A stretch of 64,000 nt of DNA from an uncultured Gemmatimonadaceae bacterium (GTDB lineage: Bacteria; Gemmatimonadota; Gemmatimonadetes; Gemmatimonadales; Gemmatimonadaceae), in contig CAVSKV010000002.1 in assembly GCA_963728785.1 (NCBI GenBank), forward strand, positions 627,195 to 691,194, in the 5' to 3' direction. This document shows positions 32,876-42,879 of the stretch, in pieces (position 1 is the stretch's first letter; each line of letters begins with the position of its first letter). Both the position numbers and the translations under genes were made by a program. The notes beneath the pieces were generated by a model, which had not been told where the DNA came from, did no database searches, and saw only the letters and a program-made list of their open reading frames with translations.

Positions 32876-34525
32876 CTAGTGCAGCGAGCGCACCGTGGTG
32901 CGCGCCTTCCCCGTGCGGAAGAAGAACAGTAGCGGCAGCGACGCCATGAGCAGCACGCCGCTCAGCAGGTAGATCTTGGAGAACGCCAGCACGCTCGACT
33001 GCGCCATGACCTGGTGGTCCATGATCGCCAGCGCCTGCTGATGGGCCACGATCGGACTGGCCCCGCGGCCGATCATGGCGTTGGTGATCGCCCCCAGGCG
33101 CCCCAGGGTCATCGGATCGGTGGCCGCGACGTGCTGGACGAGCGTGCCCCGGGCCAGTGAGGTGAACCGGGTGAGCAGCGTGGCCATGATCGCGATGCCG
33201 AGCGAGCCGCCGAGCTGCCGCGTGAGGTTGAACATGCCGGTGCCCTGGGCCAGTTCGCGCGTCGCCAAGTCGGCCATCGTGGCGTTGGTCAGTGGCACGA
33301 AGATCAGCCCAAGCCCCAGGCCGCGCCAGATGAGCGGCCAGAACAGGTCACCCCGCCCGGCGTCGAGGCTCAAGTACGAGAGCTGGTACATGGACAGCAT
33401 GAAGAACAGGGCGCCGATGGTCACCGTGATGCGCGCGTCGAGCCAGTTGGCGTTGCGCCCCACCCACATCATCGTCACGGCCGACGCAATGGCACCCGGC
33501 AGTATGACCAGTCCGGTCTGGTTGGCGGTGAACCCGTGCAACTGTTGCAGGAACACCGGAAGGACGAAGAGCGACCCGTAGAGCGCCAGACCGAGAAAGG
33601 CGGCGATGCTCACGCCGGCGGTGAGCTGCCGACTCTTGAAGACGCGGAAGTTGATCACCGGTTCCCTGGCCGTCATCTCGCGCCAGAGCAGCAGGACGAA
33701 CGACGTCACCGAGACCACGCACAGCGTCGTGACGAAGCGCGAGTCGAACCAGTCGTAGCGCTCGCCGCGCTCGAGCATCCATTGCAGCGAGCCGACGCCC
33801 GTGGCGAGCAGCGCGATGCCGGCGATATCGATGCTCTTGGCCCGCGCCTGGTGCGCCGCGTCATGGACGTACGTGTAGACCATGAACCCGGCGAGAATTC
33901 CGAGGGGCACGTTGATGTAGAAGATCCAGGGCCAGTTATAGTTGTCCACGATCCAGCCGCCGAGCGTGGGGCCGACCGTCGGGCCGACCATCACGCCCAC
34001 GCCGAACATCGCCTGACCGATGCCCACCTCCTCTGGTGGAAACGATTCGAACAACGTCGTTTGGGCCGTGGAGAGCAGCGCGCCGCCCCCCAATCCCTGG
34101 ATCACGCGCCAGAATACGAGCGCGCCCAGCGTGTGCGCTGCGCCGCACATGAACGACGCGCTCACGAACAGCGCGATCGATCCGGTGAGGTACCGCTTGC
34201 GCCCGAAGTACGCGGATAGCCACCCCGACATCGGGATCACGATCACATTGGCGATGATGTAGCCCGTGGACACCCACGAGATCTCGTCCAGCGTGGCGCC
34301 GAGGTTCCCCATCATGTTGGGAATGGCGACGTTGACAATGGACGTGTCGATCAGCTCCAGCACGGCGGCCAGCGTGACCGCGATGGCGATGATGTACTTG
34401 TACTTGTACGGGTCGTCGTGCTCGGCGGCGTGCACCACCGGCGGCGGCGAGACCAAACGAGCCGTACCGCGCGCGCCGGCTACGAGGCGCACGCCGTCCT
34501 CGACCGTTGCGGCCGAATCCGTCAT
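32876..34525 (-). CDS. emrB: MFS drug efflux transporter, DHA2 (EmrB/QacA) family, 14 TMS
   Basis: 549 aa. LDTSIVNVAIPNM, GWLSAYFGRKR, and the 14-helix pattern. Confidence 0.9.
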   Translation of the reverse strand: MTDSAATVEDGVRLVAGARGTARLVSPPPVVHAAEHDDPYKYKYIIAIAVTLAAVLELIDTSIVNVAIPNMMGNLGATLDEISWVSTGYIIANVIVIPMSGWLSAYFGRKRYLTGSIALFVSASFMCGAAHTLGALVFWRVIQGLGGGALLSTAQTTLFESFPPEEVGIGQAMFGVGVMVGPTVGPTLGGWIVDNYNWPWIFYINVPLGILAGFMVYTYVHDAAHQARAKSIDIAGIALLATGVGSLQWMLERGERYDWFDSRFVTTLCVVSVTSFVLLLWREMTAREPVINFRVFKSRQLTAGVSIAAFLGLALYGSLFVLPVFLQQLHGFTANQTGLVILPGAIASAVTMMWVGRNANWLDARITVTIGALFFMLSMYQLSYLSLDAGRGDLFWPLIWRGLGLGLIFVPLTNATMADLATRELAQGTGMFNLTRQLGGSLGIAIMATLLTRFTSLARGTLVQHVAATDPMTLGRLGAITNAMIGRGASPIVAHQQALAIMDHQVMAQSSVLAFSKIYLLSGVLLMASLPLLFFFRTGKARTTVRSLH

Positions 34526-34540
34526 AGAGCGGTGCCTCGG

Positions 34541-35632
34541 TTACTTGGTGACGACGTGCGCGACCACCGACATACCCGGCCGGAGCGGCCGGTCGGGGCC
34601 GCATCCCTGCGTCACGGCGATGCGTACCGGGACACGCTGCACGACCTTCGTGAAGTTGCCGGTGGCGTTGTCGGGCGGCAGGAGGGCGAACATGGCTCCG
34701 GTGGCCGCCGACAGGCTCTCCACCTTGCCCTTGGCCGAGCACCCCGGATAGGCGTCGATGTCGATGTCCACCGACTGTCCGACGCGGATGTCAGCCAGCT
34801 GCGTTTCCTTATAATTGGCGGTCACCCACACACCGGTGTCGGCGACGATGGTCAGCAGTGGCTGGCCGGGCTGCACGAGCTGCCCGAGCTCCACCTGTTT
34901 ACGCGATACCATGCCGGCCATCGGGGCAGTAATGCGGGTGTACGAGAGCTGAAGCTTGGCGTTTTCCACCGCGGCCTGCGCCGCCGCCAACCGGGCCTGG
35001 GCCAGCCGCACGCCGGCTTGCGCCGCCGAGACGTTCGACCCCGCGGCGTTCTGCTGACGTTCCAGGGCCTGCAGAGTGGCCGCAGCGGCGTCGGCCGCCG
35101 CCCTTGCGGCGTCGAGCTGCTGGCGGGACACGATCTGTTTGGCCACCAGCTCGTTGGCGCGGGCCAGGTCGGCGTCGGCCTTGACGAGGTTGGCCTTGGC
35201 CGCTTCGATCTGCGCGTCCAGTGAAGCGCGCTGGCTGGATGCGGCCTGCACCATGGCCTGGGCCTGCCCCTCGCCGAGCGGGCCCGACACGGCTGCGCGC
35301 GCCGCGGCCAGATCGGCCTCGGCCTGCGCCAGCCGCGCCTCGTATTCGGCCGGATCGATGAGCACGAGCAATGAGTCGACCGCGACGTGCTCGTTCTCGT
35401 CGATCGTGATCCGTTGGACGTAGCCACCGACCTTGGCGAGCACCGGCGTCATGTCGCCATCGAGTTGGGCATCGTCAGTTGACTCGTGTGCACGGGAGTA
35501 CGTCCACTGCTCGAAGGCCCAACCGAGCCCGAGCAATACGAGTACGATGAGAATGGGGAGCACCAGCCGCCGGCGGTTTCCGTTGGGAGCCGGCGCCGCG
35601 TCGCGATCTGCGGAGGTCGTTGGGATTGCCAT
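34541..35632 (-). CDS. emrA: HlyD-family membrane fusion protein (EmrA-like)
   Basis: 363 aa. N-terminal transmembrane segment, TDDAQLDGDMTPVLAKVGGYV, a long coiled coil, and YTRITAPMAGMVS. Confidence 0.9.
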   Translation of the reverse strand: MAIPTTSADRDAAPAPNGNRRRLVLPILIVLVLLGLGWAFEQWTYSRAHESTDDAQLDGDMTPVLAKVGGYVQRITIDENEHVAVDSLLVLIDPAEYEARLAQAEADLAAARAAVSGPLGEGQAQAMVQAASSQRASLDAQIEAAKANLVKADADLARANELVAKQIVSRQQLDAARAAADAAAATLQALERQQNAAGSNVSAAQAGVRLAQARLAAAQAAVENAKLQLSYTRITAPMAGMVSRKQVELGQLVQPGQPLLTIVADTGVWVTANYKETQLADIRVGQSVDIDIDAYPGCSAKGKVESLSAATGAMFALLPPDNATGNFTKVVQRVPVRIAVTQGCGPDRPLRPGMSVVAHVVTK

Positions 35633-35687
35633 GAGTCGTCGTTACGGAAGAGTGAGTCGTGTTCGAATGAGCAAAGCGGAACGCGGT

Positions 35688-37064
35688 CTACTGGAGCGAG
35701 GTCGTGCGGCCTTCGGCGTGCGCCAGCGCCACACGGGCCAACTGGAACGCTGCCTGGGCATCGATGAACTGGGTGCGCGCCTCATTCAGCGAGAGCGACG
35801 CGGTGATGACGTCGGCATTGCCGGCCACTCCGGCCCGAAACCGGTCGCGGGCCTGCGACACTTCCTGCTCGGCGAGCTGTTCGTGCTCGCGCGCCGCGTC
35901 CACCGCCTGGCGCGCCGAGGCGACGTCGAGCGCCGCGCTCCGCACCTCCACCGCCACCTCCTGGCGCAGGTCCCGCACGCGTACCTGCAATTCGCGCATC
36001 GCGGCTTCCTGCTCGCTCTCCCGGCCGCCGCGACGGTTGCCGTCGAAGATCGGCACGGAAAGTTCGATGCCCCAGGTATAGGTCACGAGCAGCCTGTTGA
36101 GCCGGAGGCCGATGCCACCGTCGTCGCCGAACGCGTCGATGGTGGGCAGCCGCTCGGAGCGCGTGGCGTTCACCTGCACCTGCTCCGCGCGCAACTGCTG
36201 CTCGAGGGCGCGTACGTCGGGGCGCGCCTGCAGCGCCCGTTGCACCGCCGCGCCGGCATCATCCGCATCGGGCACCGTGGTGAGCGTACCGAGCGAGTCG
36301 GTGAGCTGGAGCGGCGCATCGAGAGGCAGATTGAGTGCCCGCGCGAGATCGAGCCGGGAGCGGGCTTGCATGTTCCGGGCCGCGATGAGTTGCGCCTTGA
36401 CGCCCGCCAGCTGGGACGCGGCGCGCGTGACGTCGAGCGCCACACCCACACCGGCTGTGAGCTGATCGCGAGCGATCCCCAGCAGGTCCACGGCGAGCGA
36501 CGAATCGGCTAGGCGGGCCGCGAGTTGCGCGTCGGCGCGCAGGGCCTGCAGATACGCCACCGCGGCCTGGGCCGCCGCCTGTTCGGCGGCGGCGCTCTCT
36601 CCCACGCTCACCGCGCCGGCGCTGGCCTTTGACGCCTGCAAGCGCTGATAGGCCGCCGGATCGAACACGGTCTGCGAGATGTGGCCGCGCAGGTCGAACG
36701 TGGTGACGGGTCCGATCACCTGGCCCAGCGGATTGAGCAGCGGCGGCTGCCCGGGCTGTGCCGGAAAATTGAACCCGAAGGTGGCCGAGTTGAGCGTATT
36801 GTCCATCTCGGTGGCCGAGGCGGAGACGTTGGGCATGAAGACCGAGCGGCTCTGTGATATGCGCGCCTCGGCCTGCGCCGTCCGGAGGGCCGCCGTTTCG
36901 ACGAGAGCGCTCTGCTTGGCACCCATGCGGATCGCGTCGGCGAGCGACAATGGTTGCGGCGCCGTTTGCTGGGCGCCCACGGCTCCTGCCGTGGCAAGCA
37001 TTGCCGAAACGATGACGAGACGCACCTGCCCGGCGCGCGAGGAACAACGGGACATGGCAATCAT
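35688..37064 (-). CDS. TolC-family outer-membrane efflux protein
   Basis: Start chosen at ATG 37064, overlapping the tetR stop (ATGA). Signal peptide followed by two repeated TolC-like halves. Confidence 0.85.
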   Translation of the reverse strand: MIAMSRCSSRAGQVRLVIVSAMLATAGAVGAQQTAPQPLSLADAIRMGAKQSALVETAALRTAQAEARISQSRSVFMPNVSASATEMDNTLNSATFGFNFPAQPGQPPLLNPLGQVIGPVTTFDLRGHISQTVFDPAAYQRLQASKASAGAVSVGESAAAEQAAAQAAVAYLQALRADAQLAARLADSSLAVDLLGIARDQLTAGVGVALDVTRAASQLAGVKAQLIAARNMQARSRLDLARALNLPLDAPLQLTDSLGTLTTVPDADDAGAAVQRALQARPDVRALEQQLRAEQVQVNATRSERLPTIDAFGDDGGIGLRLNRLLVTYTWGIELSVPIFDGNRRGGRESEQEAAMRELQVRVRDLRQEVAVEVRSAALDVASARQAVDAAREHEQLAEQEVSQARDRFRAGVAGNADVITASLSLNEARTQFIDAQAAFQLARVALAHAEGRTTSLQ

Positions 37065-37744
37065 GTGAGGGAAGGCGTGTTCGCGATCGAGATGTCGTTC
37101 AGGGGGCGAATGGCGGAGAGGTAGAACTGTTTGATTTCCTCGAGCAACTGCCTGTCGGACTTGCCGTCTATCGAATCGCAAAGCACCGGACGGTGCCGCC
37201 AATTCCCGTAGGTGACGAGCAGGGCGACCAGCGCGCGGGCGGCGAGCCCGCTATCCATGCGCCGGAACTCGCCGCCCTCCATTCCGCGTTCGAGGATTCC
37301 CCGCAGCAGCCGACGCCCGCGCCCCAGCACTTCCTGGCCGTAGAAGCTGGCGAGCTCGGGATAGGCTGTGAGTTCGGAGTGGACCCAGCGCTGCAGCGGC
37401 GGAAATTTGGGCGAGCAGAGAAAGTGCCACTGCGCGTCCATGAACGAATTCAGATCGTCCATGGCGGTGGGGCCGGCGAGCCGGCGCTCGACGTCGTCAA
37501 TCGCATCGCCCACCGTATGGCGCACCACCTCGCGAAACAGATCTTCCTTGCTCGGGAAATAGAGGTAGATCGTGCCCTTGGAAACGCCAGCCCGCCGAGC
37601 GATGTCCTCGAGACGAGCCGAGGCGAGTCCGTGCTCAGCGAACGTTTCGAATGCCGCATCGAGGATCTGGCGCGGCCGCTCTTCGGGCATGCGGCGCCAT
37701 TTCGGCTCGTGGATTAGATCAGGTTGCGCCATCGTATCCTCCAA
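37061..37744 (-). CDS. TetR/AcrR-family transcriptional regulator
   Basis: 227 aa. Helix-turn-helix ILDAAFETFAEHGLASARLEDIARRAGVSKGTIYLYFPSKEDLF. First gene of the efflux operon. Confidence 0.9.
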   Translation of the reverse strand: MEDTMAQPDLIHEPKWRRMPEERPRQILDAAFETFAEHGLASARLEDIARRAGVSKGTIYLYFPSKEDLFREVVRHTVGDAIDDVERRLAGPTAMDDLNSFMDAQWHFLCSPKFPPLQRWVHSELTAYPELASFYGQEVLGRGRRLLRGILERGMEGGEFRRMDSGLAARALVALLVTYGNWRHRPVLCDSIDGKSDRQLLEEIKQFYLSAIRPLNDISIANTPSLT

Positions 37745-37764
37745 GCGGCTGCTGTATTCGCAAA

Positions 37765-37782
37765 TGACCGACCGGTTGGTCA
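37765..37782. promoter_or_regulatory. 18-bp near-perfect palindrome, candidate TetR operator
   Basis: TGACCGACCGGTTGGTCA forms 8 of 9 pairs. It begins 21 nt upstream of the tetR ATG, in the divergent intergenic region. Confidence 0.5.
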
Positions 37783-37952
37783 GTTACTGAGGCGAGACAA
37801 CAAGTTGCCAGACAAGAAGATTCTGGTCGCTTGAGATTTAACTTACCTAACAGTCATTAACTGTCAAGCGTTTGTGGGATTAAGAACATAAACAGAACCT
37901 CGACAGATCATGAATGGAGCGCAAACGGAGCGGCCCGCGATATAGTTGACCC

Positions 37953-38354
37953 ATGGCCGAGCACGAATCCAGGATCCGCATCGACAAGTGGCTGTGGGCA
38001 GCGCGCTTCTACAAGACCCGCTCGCTGGCCACCGACGCCGCGACTGGCGGCAAGGTGGAGGTGAACGGTGACGGCGCCAAGCCCGCCAAGCTGGTCCAGC
38101 CCGGCGACGAAGTGCGGGTCCGGCTCGGTCCATACGAGCACGTCGTCATTGTCCGCGCGGTGGCAGGCCGCCGCGGCTCGGCCCGGGACGCCCAGGCCCT
38201 GTATGAGGAGACGCCGGCATCGCGCGCAGAACGCGAGCGACTGGCGGAACAGCTTCGGTTGGCGCCGGCCGCGTTCGCCTGGGAAGAGAAAGGGCGCCCA
38301 ACCAAGAAGGACCGCCGCGACCTCAGCCGGTTCATCGACCGCAAGCGGCGGTAG
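37953..38354 (+). CDS. hslR: Ribosome-associated heat-shock protein Hsp15 (S4 domain)
   Basis: 133 aa. RIDKWLWAARFYKTRSLA and the C-terminal KKDRRDLSRF match the E. coli Hsp15 pattern. Confidence 0.9.
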   Translation: MAEHESRIRIDKWLWAARFYKTRSLATDAATGGKVEVNGDGAKPAKLVQPGDEVRVRLGPYEHVVIVRAVAGRRGSARDAQALYEETPASRAERERLAEQLRLAPAAFAWEEKGRPTKKDRRDLSRFIDRKRR

Positions 38355-38446
38355 CGCCGCCGGGGGACGGGGGACGGATGCGGCCCCCGATCCAGCCGGC
38401 GATCTTCCGGCTGCCGGTTGGCCAGTATGGGGATCCAGCCGGCCCG

Positions 38447-39127
38447 CTACGCCGGCGGCGTGTCCGCCACGCGGGTCAGAGTGTCGCCGTCGATGGCGTG
38501 CGTACCGGAGAACGGCACGAACCTGCAGGGAATTCCGGCCGCCGCGAAAGCGTCGGTCTGCTGCTTGATGCGCGCCGCATCGAAGAACTCATCGCGGTCG
38601 CCGCACGCATAGGTCACCGGTTCAGTGCCGAACCGGTCGCCCGCCGACGCGAGGTCGAGGTCGTGCGGCACGCTCCCGCTCCAGGCGATGAGCCGGTCGG
38701 CGCGCGTCTGCCCGAAGGCGAGCCACCGCATGACGGTGGCCAGCCCCTGCGAAAACCCGAGCGCGACGAGCCGTGGCCGCTGAGCCGCGCCCGGGCCGCC
38801 AAGAAACAAGGTGGCGATCGCGTCAAGGTACTCCACGTAGTCAGCTACTTCGGAGTCGCGGTCCTCGCGGGTCATCCAGGTGGCGCCGATTCGCGCGTCG
38901 GGACTGTGGGGGAGACTGTTGTCGAGATAGAAGCGCGACAGCGCTTCGGGCGCGACGATGAGCCGGTCCGGATGGGCGATGGGACGGAAGTGCCGAATGA
39001 ACCGCCCGGCGAGGTGGCCGTAGCCGTGGCACACGATCCAGAGCTCACGAGGCGCCACGGAGGGATTTCCGAGCGTGTGGTATCGCGCGGTGCGTCTGAC
39101 CCGCAGATGATGTTCGGCCATCGGCAC
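38447..39127 (-). CDS. Alpha/beta hydrolase (phospholipase/carboxylesterase-like)
   Basis: 226 aa. LWIVCHGYG and the nucleophile elbow LGFSQG. Confidence 0.7.
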   Translation of the reverse strand: MPMAEHHLRVRRTARYHTLGNPSVAPRELWIVCHGYGHLAGRFIRHFRPIAHPDRLIVAPEALSRFYLDNSLPHSPDARIGATWMTREDRDSEVADYVEYLDAIATLFLGGPGAAQRPRLVALGFSQGLATVMRWLAFGQTRADRLIAWSGSVPHDLDLASAGDRFGTEPVTYACGDRDEFFDAARIKQQTDAFAAAGIPCRFVPFSGTHAIDGDTLTRVADTPPA

Positions 39128-39149
39128 GTTTCTCCTTCGATTCCAGCGA

Positions 39150-39184
39150 ACCGGCCGCCTGACGCGGAGCGCCCGGCGGCCGGT
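39150..39184 (-). terminator. 10-bp GC hairpin downstream of ctp
   Basis: accggccgcc (39150-39159) pairs with ggcggccggt (39175-39184) around a 15-nt loop. No clear U tract. Confidence 0.3.
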
Positions 39185-39208
39185 ATCCAGCCGTGACGCC
39201 CGCCGATG

Positions 39209-40786
39209 CTACCGGGCGCCGGCCACCCGCAGCAGTTGCTGCTGCGTGGAACTCTTCTTGAGCAGCGCGATGGCCTGAAGGAGCTGTTTGTCCTCCGCCA
39301 GCGTGAGCTGTTTGGCCACGCCGTCGCCGAATGCCTTGCTCACCGTACGCACGGCCAACTGTTCGCTGAGGATCGAGTCCGCCACCGCGTCATACTTGGG
39401 ATCGATCTTCACGTCGCGGGCCGCCAATCGATCCATGAGGTGCTGCTTCCACGCCGGCTTGAGGGCCAGGGTCGGCGTCGTGAGACTGTCCTTGAGGATG
39501 CGCGAATACTGGTCGAGTTCGCCGCTGATCGCGCCGACCGACGGTGCAGCAGCCCGGAAGAAACCCTGCTCCAGCGCGGTCAGCGTATCGTCGCGGACGA
39601 GCACGTCGGGAGTGATACCGCCCCCGCCGTACACGATGCGGCCGTCGTCGGACTTGAACTTGGGCCGAGCGCGGCGCGCGGAGTCGGTCTCGAGCGAATC
39701 GGGCGTCGTTTCCACGAGCTGACCAGCGGCATTGAGTTCGCGGTCGCGATGGATAGACCGGCCGCTCGGCGTGTACCACTTGCCCGTGGTGAGCTTGAGG
39801 GCGTAGCCGCCCTCGAGCCCGTACACCGACTGAACGAGTCCCTTGCCGAATGACGTGGTGCCGACGACCAGGGCGCGGTCGTGATCCTGGAGTGCGCCGG
39901 CTACGATCTCCGAGGCCGACGCGGTACCGCCGTCGATCATCACGACCAGGGGCACCCCCACGGCCATATGGTCGACGCTGGCGCGCGAGATCTCGTCGGG
40001 GCCCGTGCGTGACCGCACGCTCACGATCTCCTGCGAGTCCTTCAGGAACAGGCTGCTCAGGTCGAGCGCCTGCTCGACGATGCCACCGCCGTTACCGCGG
40101 AGATCTATGACGTATCCCTTGGCGCCTTGGGCCGAGAGCTTCTTGATCGCGGCGGTGACCTCTTCGACGACGTTCTCGTTGAACGTCTGGATGGGGATAT
40201 ATCCCACCGTGCCGTCGAGGATCGTGGTGTACTGCACGGCCGGGATGTGCACTTCGCGGCGCACAAACGAGAGCTTGATCGGCGTGGGCACGCCGGGGCG
40301 CGCGTAGGTCACTTCGACGGTGGTGCCCACATCTCCGCGGAGCCGTGTGGCGATATCGACGCTGGACACGCCGGCCACGCTCTTCCCGTCGATGCCGGCG
40401 ATCCGGTCGCCCTCCTGAACGCCGGCGTCGGCCGCCGGTGTGTGCGGGAACACCTGTTGCACGAAGGTGCCGCTGTTGTCCTCGCCGAGAAGCATTCCCG
40501 TGCCGCCGTACCGGCCGCCGGTGCCGCGGGCGAAGTCCTCGCTCGCCTTGGGGGTGAAGAGCTGCGAGTACGGATCGCGCAGTTCCTTCACCAGACCGGC
40601 CGCCGCCTTGGCGTAGATATCATTGGCGGCGAGGGTGTCAACGTACCGGCTGGACACGAGTTGGAGCACCTGGTCGAACAGCTGCGCACTGGCGTGCACC
40701 GGCGGTTCCTGCAGCAGAAAGCCGCCGCCCACGATGGGGACGAACAGCAGGGCGGTGACGGCGGCGGTGCGGAAATGCGGCTTCAT
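39209..40786 (-). CDS. ctpA: S41-family C-terminal processing peptidase
   Basis: 525 aa. Signal or anchor sequence, PDZ domain (GDRIAGIDGKSV), DLRGNGGG, and GGTASASEIVAGALQD. Confidence 0.9.
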   Translation of the reverse strand: MKPHFRTAAVTALLFVPIVGGGFLLQEPPVHASAQLFDQVLQLVSSRYVDTLAANDIYAKAAAGLVKELRDPYSQLFTPKASEDFARGTGGRYGGTGMLLGEDNSGTFVQQVFPHTPAADAGVQEGDRIAGIDGKSVAGVSSVDIATRLRGDVGTTVEVTYARPGVPTPIKLSFVRREVHIPAVQYTTILDGTVGYIPIQTFNENVVEEVTAAIKKLSAQGAKGYVIDLRGNGGGIVEQALDLSSLFLKDSQEIVSVRSRTGPDEISRASVDHMAVGVPLVVMIDGGTASASEIVAGALQDHDRALVVGTTSFGKGLVQSVYGLEGGYALKLTTGKWYTPSGRSIHRDRELNAAGQLVETTPDSLETDSARRARPKFKSDDGRIVYGGGGITPDVLVRDDTLTALEQGFFRAAAPSVGAISGELDQYSRILKDSLTTPTLALKPAWKQHLMDRLAARDVKIDPKYDAVADSILSEQLAVRTVSKAFGDGVAKQLTLAEDKQLLQAIALLKKSSTQQQLLRVAGAR

Positions 40787-40968
40787 GCGCGAGGCCCAAC
40801 CGGAAAAGGTGTCCAGTGAAGAAGTATGCGACGGAGCGGTTTGTCAACGCGCGCGCCGCCGGGCTTGCAGAATCCTCGCAAGTGCATGCGTAGCAACGAC
40901 TCGGTGAACGTGCGAGATTTGCCCCATGACCTCGCCCTCCTCCGGACCGCTTCCAGGCCCACGTCAGA

Positions 40969-42327
40969 ATGTTCGCCCTCGAATTTCGCGCCCTGGCTTC
41001 GCTCGCCGTCCCGGTTGTCGTGGTGCAGGTGGGGATGATGGGGATGGGGGTGATCGATTCGGTCATGGTGGGGCACGTTTCCGCCCGCGCACTGGCGGCG
41101 GTAGCGCTGGGCAACATCTACTTCTTCAACGTGATCGTGTTCGCGATGGGGACGTTGTTCGCGCTCGATCCGATCGTTGCCCAGGCCGTGGGGGCGCGCG
41201 ACGAACCGGCGGTGGAACGTGGCATCCAGCGGGGGCTCGTGCTGTGCCTGGGGCTGACCGTCGCGTGCGCGCTGCTCATGGCGCCGGCCGGGCGGGTGAT
41301 CACGTGGGCGCGGCAACCGGCGGAAATCGTTCCCGACGCGGCGGCCTACGTGCGCATTTCGATCGCCGGCGCCTTGCCATTTCTGGCGTTCGTCGTGCTT
41401 CGCCAGAGTCTGCAGGCCATGGGCCGGCTGGCGCCGATCGTCATCACGATTCTGGCGGCGAACGTGCTCAACGTGGCGCTCAACTGGGTGTTCATTTACG
41501 GCCACTTAGGGTTGCCGGCGCTGGGAGTGGAAGGCAGTGCGATCGCCACCGTGATGAGCCGCTGGGCGATGTTCGGCGCGCTGATGGCGCTGGCCTGGCC
41601 GGCCCTCCGGCCGTACCTGTCGGTGCTCCGGGCCGACACGTTCCGCGCCCGGCCGCTCGTGCGAATGCTCGCCATCGGGGCGCCAATCGGATTCCAGCAG
41701 GTGCTCGAGGTGGGCGCGTTCGGGTCGATCGGGCTTCTCATGGGGTGGTTCGGCACGTCGCAGGTAGCCGCGCACCAGATAGCGATCAATCTGGCGGCGC
41801 TGACCTTCATGGGGCCGGTGGGCATCTCGACGGCGGCGGCCGTTCGCGTCGGGCACGCGATCGGAGCCGGGGACGGCGACCGGGCCCGGCGGGCGGCGCG
41901 CGTGGCGTTCCTGTGCGGCGTGGGGTTCATGACGCTCACCGCACTCATGTTCCTCACGCTGCCGGTGCCGCTGGCGCGCTTGTTCACCGGTGACGACGCG
42001 GTGATCGGCATCGCGTCGCTGCTCATTCCGGTGGCCGGCGTGTTCCAGGTGTTCGACGGCATCCAGGCGGTGGCAGCGGGAGTGCTGCGCGGCATCGGCG
42101 ACACGCGAGCGCCGATGGCGGTTATGCTGGCGGGTTACTGGTTGATCGGGCTGCCGGTGAGTCTCTATCTCGGGTTCCGCACGCCGGCCGGCCCCACGGG
42201 ACTCTGGTGGGGCTTCGTGGCCGGGTTGTCGTCCGTGGCCCTGTTCCTGTCACTCCGCGTGGCGGCGCTGTTCCGCGGGGAGCTCCGGCGCCTGCACGTG
42301 GACGACGAGCAGACGGTGGTGGCGTAG
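40969..42327 (+). CDS. MATE-family efflux transporter
   Basis: 452 aa, 12 TMS. Typical N-terminus LAVPVVVVQVGMMGMGVIDSVMVGH and GVLRGIGDTRAPM. Confidence 0.9.
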   Translation: MFALEFRALASLAVPVVVVQVGMMGMGVIDSVMVGHVSARALAAVALGNIYFFNVIVFAMGTLFALDPIVAQAVGARDEPAVERGIQRGLVLCLGLTVACALLMAPAGRVITWARQPAEIVPDAAAYVRISIAGALPFLAFVVLRQSLQAMGRLAPIVITILAANVLNVALNWVFIYGHLGLPALGVEGSAIATVMSRWAMFGALMALAWPALRPYLSVLRADTFRARPLVRMLAIGAPIGFQQVLEVGAFGSIGLLMGWFGTSQVAAHQIAINLAALTFMGPVGISTAAAVRVGHAIGAGDGDRARRAARVAFLCGVGFMTLTALMFLTLPVPLARLFTGDDAVIGIASLLIPVAGVFQVFDGIQAVAAGVLRGIGDTRAPMAVMLAGYWLIGLPVSLYLGFRTPAGPTGLWWGFVAGLSSVALFLSLRVAALFRGELRRLHVDDEQTVVA

Positions 42328-42333
42328 CCGCCG

Positions 42334-42879
42334 CTACCGGCGGGCCAGCAGCGCGTCGACGGCGCGCACGGCGGCGGCGAAGCGCTGGTCCCAGTTGCCG
42401 CTGATCTCGACGTAGGGGAGGCGCATGGCCTGGAGGCGCTCGCGGAACAAGGCGTGCATCTCGTCGCGGCGATCACCGCGGTCCCGGGCCGGATCGGCCA
42501 CCCACGGCACGTCGATGTTCATGAGCAAATACAGATCGGCGGCGCGCTCGGCCGCCTCGTCCACGATCCACGCCGGACACCGGCCGTAATAGTGGTCGCA
42601 ATACACGACCGTGCTCACGAGGTCGGTGTCGATGAACGCCACGCGGGTGGCGCGAGCCACGGCCTCATCCTCTGCAGCCATCTGGCCGCGAGCGATGGGG
42701 CCATGGTCGTCGAAGCCCAGCTGATTGCCGCGGGCGATGGCGTACTCGCGCACGAATTCGCGCGACACCGCCGTGCCGTAGTGCTCGGCCAACCGGTGGG
42801 CGAGCGTCGTCTTGCCGGTGGACTCAGACCCCGTCAGGACGACGCAGGCGACCGCTGGCGCTCGAGGCTGCGCTTCCAT
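42334..42879 (-). CDS. NadR-type ribosylnicotinamide kinase domain protein (stand-alone P-loop ATPase)
   Basis: 181 aa. VVLTGSESTGKTTLAHRLAEHYG and FIDTDLVSTVVY. Adjacent to pnuC. Confidence 0.7.
   Translation of the reverse strand: MEAQPRAPAVACVVLTGSESTGKTTLAHRLAEHYGTAVSREFVREYAIARGNQLGFDDHGPIARGQMAAEDEAVARATRVAFIDTDLVSTVVYCDHYYGRCPAWIVDEAAERAADLYLLMNIDVPWVADPARDRGDRRDEMHALFRERLQAMRLPYVEISGNWDQRFAAAVRAVDALLARR

Noticed and set aside
38355-38446. Direct repeat gggggacgggggacgg and a weak cggggg/cccccg hairpin between convergent hslR and the esterase gene. I considered it as a terminator or repeat element.
   Set aside because: The stem is short (6 bp) with a long loop, there is no U tract, and I noticed no other copies in the window.
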